A stretch of DNA of 64,000 bases. Origin: Hyphochytrium catenoides. Taxonomy: Eukaryota > Protista > Hyphochytriomycota. Shown in pieces: positions 62,158 to 64,000 of this stretch. The DNA lies in contig FLMG01003379.1 of NCBI GenBank assembly GCA_900088475.1, positions 18,727 to 82,726 on the forward strand. The letters are read 5' to 3'. The notes below the pieces were generated by a model. The model saw only the letters and a list, made by a program, of their open reading frames with translations, had not been told where the DNA came from and searched no databases. Every line of letters starts with the position of its first letter. The stretch's first letter is position 1. The position numbers were made by a program, and so were the translations under genes.

Positions 62158-64000
62158 ATGGAGTGCCCCCGAGACTTTGGAAGAGCAACAAGGCTCGGGG
62201 GAGCCACCGAGGAGGGCGAAACACGAAAAGCAGAGACGAAGTTCCAGATGGAGGGTGAGCTCGACCGCCGAATGCGCCTGCTCGGATCACTAGTTGACCA
62301 CTTTCTCTACAGACCTGTATTTTTTGATCACTGACTTCCTTTTGAGGGAGTCGCCGTGTCAGAGCGCAGCTTTAGCGCTAAGACAAGAAATTGTAAGCTA
62401 ATACTCCGGCGCTTAGTCCCACACCTGCTTCATGTAAGACTGATACCTTGTCCAGGACGAGAAGCATCTTCTTGGCACAGCCGTGGACTGGACAGGGCAC
62501 GTTCGGCCGGCTACGTATGCTGACCTAAGTGCTCGCCACAAGCGACTTCCCGCCAATCACCTAATCCGACTATTGGAACAAACCATTGCCAAAAAGGAGG
62601 CAGAGGAGACTGGAGGCAGCCTTAGCACTAGTCGTAGTCAGAATGGGGCTTCCTCCCTACTTACTCGACCTCTGCAGGTTAGTACTCTCTTCATCGTGCG
62701 GTCTAACCTCCCTTAGGGCATGCATCGTGGTAATAACTTATCTTACGTGTTTCTTACTCGAACTCCCCTATGTAATTGCACGGGTGGCCAACTTCAGTTC
62801 AAATCATCCCGCGCTGCCGGAGCTTACAAGAATGTGGGGATTCCGCTGATCAAGAAGTGTCAGGTTGGACACCCTTCTATCTTCCTCTCGATTGCTTCTT
62901 TCCAATTTCCTTGGTTGGTCTTTGCATTGCAAAGAGAGTCATCTCACGTTGTACCACTGGTCGCAGGACCTCCGTAAAAAGGAAAAGCTTCTGGTTGAGG
63001 TCGAGGAAGTTATCACCCGATGCAGGGAGAGAGAGCAAGCTGGAAACGCTTTCACAGAGAAGCCGGACATGGCTGCAGAGCCACTTCCAATCCAACTTAA
63101 AGAGGATAGAAGCGTAGGCAAGATAGAGCAAGTGGGAGAGAATGCATCAGGCTTTCAGGCTCTTTCAAGCACCTGTCAGAGTGATTCCCACCAGCCTCCA
63201 CTACTCCCTCTATTTGACGCAATAGTCGCATGCGGAGGACAGTATGGGGTGGAGCCAGGTTGGTATTTAGTATACTCAGAGACCTGTACCAAGAGGCGCA
63301 ATCTCTCTCTCTCTCTCTGACATGTCACCTTCTTGCTTCATTGGCAGGCAATACCCAGTTCACGCTAAAGGACGGCTCTACGTGCCAATTAGTGACGTGC
63401 TATCGACCAGCTCTGGCCATGAAGTTGGAGGCCTTTCACGTGAAGGAGGCGGCCAAGTCCTTCATAAGAGTGGGACAGTTCTGCAAGAATGGGAAGGGAG
63501 AAAAAGGGGAAGTAGAGGAGGCCGGGACAGTGTGTCCAGGCGATGTTGTTGCTCTTGTGAACGGAACCCCTATAGTAGGCACGTGTGATGGCTCAGAACT
63601 TATTCAAAGAACTGCGGAGCTCATCAAGCTAGCTCCTCGGCCACTCACGATTGTATTTATTCGGCGCCTTGGAAGTGAGAAGTCAAAGGTGACGATCTTT
63701 CCGGCTGCTGCTTCTCCCAGCTTCTCAAAATTGTCCCCCCCCCCTTCTCTCCCCCCCCGAGTATCTCCACATGTGTTACCCATAGCCTTACTTCTCTTGT
63801 TCTCTTATTCCCTTTACCAGTCGCAGTGTTCGAACGAATCTCAAGGCTCTTTTGTCATTCTTCTTCTCCTGACCATCTGACTCTAACCCCGGCTCTCCTC
63901 CTTATCGACCATGCGGACCAAGTTACTGAAGCAGCAAGAGTTCCAATACTCCGCTGCCCAGGTTACGGCTGAAGGAAGAGCCAGACGGCAGGCCAAAGAA
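62158..64000 (+). CDS. BRWD/PHIP-like protein N-terminus followed by a PDZ-like domain; continues beyond the window
   Basis: ME|DLYFLITDFLLRESPCQSAALALRQEI|DEKHLLGTAVDWTGHVRPATYADL..PANHLIRLL matches the BRWD1/PHIP N-terminal pattern (LYFLI..FL..PC..AA..L..E....LL...DWTG..H..TY..L....PDHL). Exon 63348-63688 is PDZ-like. Confidence 0.82.

Overview
Compact, intron-rich eukaryotic nuclear DNA (~50% GC, short mostly GT-AG introns with visible CTAAC/CTGAC branch points). It looks like a protist, possibly a stramenopile alga, but that is an inference. I manually spliced 13 protein-coding genes: LPCAT-like acyltransferase with EF-hand (-, cut at the left edge), PRP39 (-), CDC20 (+), a multi-pass membrane protein (+), a large coiled-coil protein (-), Gemin2 (+), an ankyrin + TFIIB-type Zn-ribbon protein (-), peroxisomal-type Lon protease (+), Spt20-like SAGA subunit (-), an RME-8/DNAJC13 homologue of about 15 kb (+), a CCDC66/CSPP-like protein (-), a GPCPD1/GDE5-type phosphodiesterase (-) and a BRWD/PHIP-like gene (+, cut at the right edge). 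I saw no rRNA, tRNA, CRISPR array or intact transposon. The most unusual items are (1) a GDPD with F-type-lectin and cNMP-binding-fold domains inserted between CBM20 and the catalytic domain, (2) an ankyrin/Zn-ribbon orphan followed by a micro-ORF whose internal repeat diverged almost only at synonymous sites, (3) an RME-8 whose J domain lacks HPD, (4) a PDZ domain spliced behind a BRWD N-terminal domain, and (5) a dense MSA/E2F/CHR/CCAAT module upstream of CDC20. All exon structures were read by eye and no databases were searched, so novelty is unverified.
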